Part shown: in pieces, positions 62,299 through 64,000 of the stretch
Layout of the letters: the number at the start of each line of letters is the position of its first letter
Numbering within the stretch: position 1 is the first letter of the stretch
Origin: an uncultured Acidobacteriaceae bacterium
Lineage (GTDB): Bacteria; Acidobacteriota; Terriglobia; Terriglobales; Acidobacteriaceae
Assembly: GCA_963760175.1 (NCBI GenBank)
Contig: CAVXBU010000026.1
Coordinates: forward strand, 29,075-93,074
Reading direction: 5' to 3'
DNA: 64,000 nt
Made by a program: the position numbers and the translations under genes
The notes under the pieces: generated by a model
The model's database searches: none
What the model saw: the letters and a program-made list of their open reading frames with translations, nothing else
What the model was told of the DNA's origin: nothing

Positions 62299-62986
62299 TC
62301 AGTCGGGTCTCAAGCGCCACGAGACTCCGCCAAGCTGCGGCAACGAACTGAGCAATTTGCTCGCGCCGTTCCAAAAGATCTGCACGCCAATGCACACCAG
62401 CAGAAATGCGGAGAGCTTTAGAATTACGTTCGTCCCCGTGGGGCCCAGCTTGCTCGCCAGCCGATCTGCGTAGCCGTAGCAGAGATAGATGGTTACTGCG
62501 ATGAAAGCGGAACCGATCGCCGCCGCGAGAATTTCCAGCAGGTTTGCGCCCAGGTGCTGCGGCGCATTCGCGCCCAAAGTGATCGCAACCGAGATGGAGC
62601 CGGGACCAACTGTCAAAGGAAGCGTCAGCGGGTAAAACGCCTGGCTCAGAGCATCAGCGCAAGTGACCGTTCGCCTGGGAGAGCCTGGATCATTCGCGTC
62701 TTTCTGATTCAGCATCGCCCAGCCCGTTGAAATCACGATCAGCCCACCGCCGACCTGCACAACCGGGAGCGAAATCCCAAAGAAGGAGAGCACGTGCGCC
62801 CCGAGGATAAAGGACGCGATCAGCAGTATGAAACTATCTACCGCGATGCGGCGAGCCAGCACTCGTCGTGTCTCGGCCGCGTAATCTCTGCGTGAGCAGC
62901 AGAAAGACCGGAGCGCCTCCGATCGGATCCACGATCGGAAACAGCGCGCTCACGACCAGGAGAATACTCTTGGCAACTTGAATCAC
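62299..62986 (-). pseudogene. MarC-family (UPF0056) membrane protein, frame broken at about 62870 as assembled
   Basis: GTG 62986 gives VIQVAKSILLVVSALFPIVDPIGGAPVFLLLTQ. A one-base shift joins this to DYAAETRRVLARRIAVDSF... (ORF 62299-62862). Confidence 0.7.
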
Positions 62987-63041
62987 CAGGCTAACCTTCC
63001 CGTCTGCTTCCAGGATTTGAGACGCATCGCCCGTCCGCGGT

Positions 63042-64000
63042 CTAGTGTTGCGCCGTCAGCCGGATGTTGCAGGACTGACCGAGCGATTGGAACTCTCCGT
63101 CAAATCCCGCAGCCATTGAAAAGCCTCGAGGGGATAGCATGTCTTCTCGGACGCGCCAACGCCAGTTCCCATCGGCACGACCAGGCACGTTCATGCGAGC
63201 TTCGCTTCCCAGGTTGAGCAGATCCTGCAACGGAGCAATCGCGAGCGCCGCTGGTGACGACCATGCCAGCCGCATCAACTCCGGAGCGGCATCCGCACTG
63301 GTTCCCGGCGCACGCTTGAGGTAGCTCCAGAAGTTTTGCCGCTGGTAGTCGGGCAATTCCTCATACCATTGTCGAGTTGTGGCATTGTCATGCGTGCCGG
63401 TATAGGCGACGGTATTGTGGACAAAGTTGTGCGGCAGATATGGATTGTCCGCATGACCATCGAAGGCGAATTGCAGGACGCGCATCCCCGGCAGACGAAA
63501 CTGGTCGCGCAGGGCCTGCACGTCGTGCGTAATCACACCCAAATCTTCCGCGATGAATGGTAGATGGCCCAGCTCGGTTTGCACTGCTTGAAAAAAGCTG
63601 GCTCCCGGACCCGCCACCCACTGCCCGGACTGAGCCGTTGGCGCTCCGGCTGGAACGTGCCACGCGGCCGCGAACCCGCGGAAGTGATCCAGGCGAATCA
63701 CATCGACGTGAGCCAGCAGAGCACGCAACCGATCGATGCACCACCGATAACCAGTCGCACGCAGGGCATCCCAGTTGTAAACGGGATTGCCCCACAATTG
63801 ACCTGTGCGCGCTGAAATAATCGGGAGGAACTCCGGCGACGAAGCGTGGCCGATGCTGCTTCATCGAGCAGGAATAACTCAGGGTTCGCCCAAACATCAC
63901 TGGAATCCGGGGAAACAAAGAAGGGCAGATCGCCGATCAAGCTCACGCCTTTGGCATGGGCATGCTCCTTGAGTTGATCGGCCTGGCGGAACAGCAGGAA
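63042..64000 (-). pseudogene. malQ: 4-alpha-glucanotransferase (amylomaltase MalQ), 5' end outside the window, at least two frame breaks as assembled
   Basis: 'LIGDLPFFVSPDSSDVWANPELF', 'GVPPDYFSA', 'WGNPVYNWDAL', 'IRLDHFRGF' and 'FIAEDLG' are GH77 motifs spread over three frames (ORFs 63698-63946, 63388-63918 and 63042-63797). Confidence 0.85.

Overview
Moderately GC-rich bacterial chromosomal segment. Gene content and the style of the intergenic repeats suggest Acidobacteriota, but that is only a guess. I support about 55 protein-coding genes. I recognised no rRNA, tRNA, CRISPR array, prophage or classical IS element. All family assignments come from motifs read in the supplied translations; no database search was possible.

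Main content:
1. A co-directional lipid-type operon on the minus strand (7842-18472). It encodes a HAD-like/fatty-acyl reductase fusion, a second NAD-dependent thioester-type reductase, a pyruvyl-transferase-like protein, two acyl-AMP/CoA ligases, a crotonase, a free ACP and a DAG-kinase-like lipid kinase.
2. About 6.5 kb away, a 718-aa radical SAM protein (24992-27148) that looks like the archaeal tetraether lipid synthase (Tes / GDGT-MAS, COG1964 type). Together with item 1, this is my best candidate for an undescribed system: bacterial ether or membrane-spanning (brGDGT / iso-diabolic-acid type) lipid synthesis.
3. A fluoride riboswitch followed by crcB and three DUF190 domains. The riboswitch carries an apparent compensatory swap in a long-range A-U pair.
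4. A RAYT (REP-associated tyrosine transposase) with five copies of its palindromic REP, plus other hairpin-repeat families.
5. Six consecutive two-component genes (42131-48560).
6. Routine genes: a TolC-HlyD-DHA2 MFS efflux operon, a glgX-marC-malQ region, sthA, chrA, a GntR-SSADH unit and a split VKOR/thioredoxin-like pair.

Caveat: at least 14 reading-frame breaks interrupt otherwise conserved genes. Several can be repaired by adding or removing one base in a short G/C or A/T run. I read these as consensus indel errors rather than true pseudogenes, but they are typed as pseudogene 'as assembled'.
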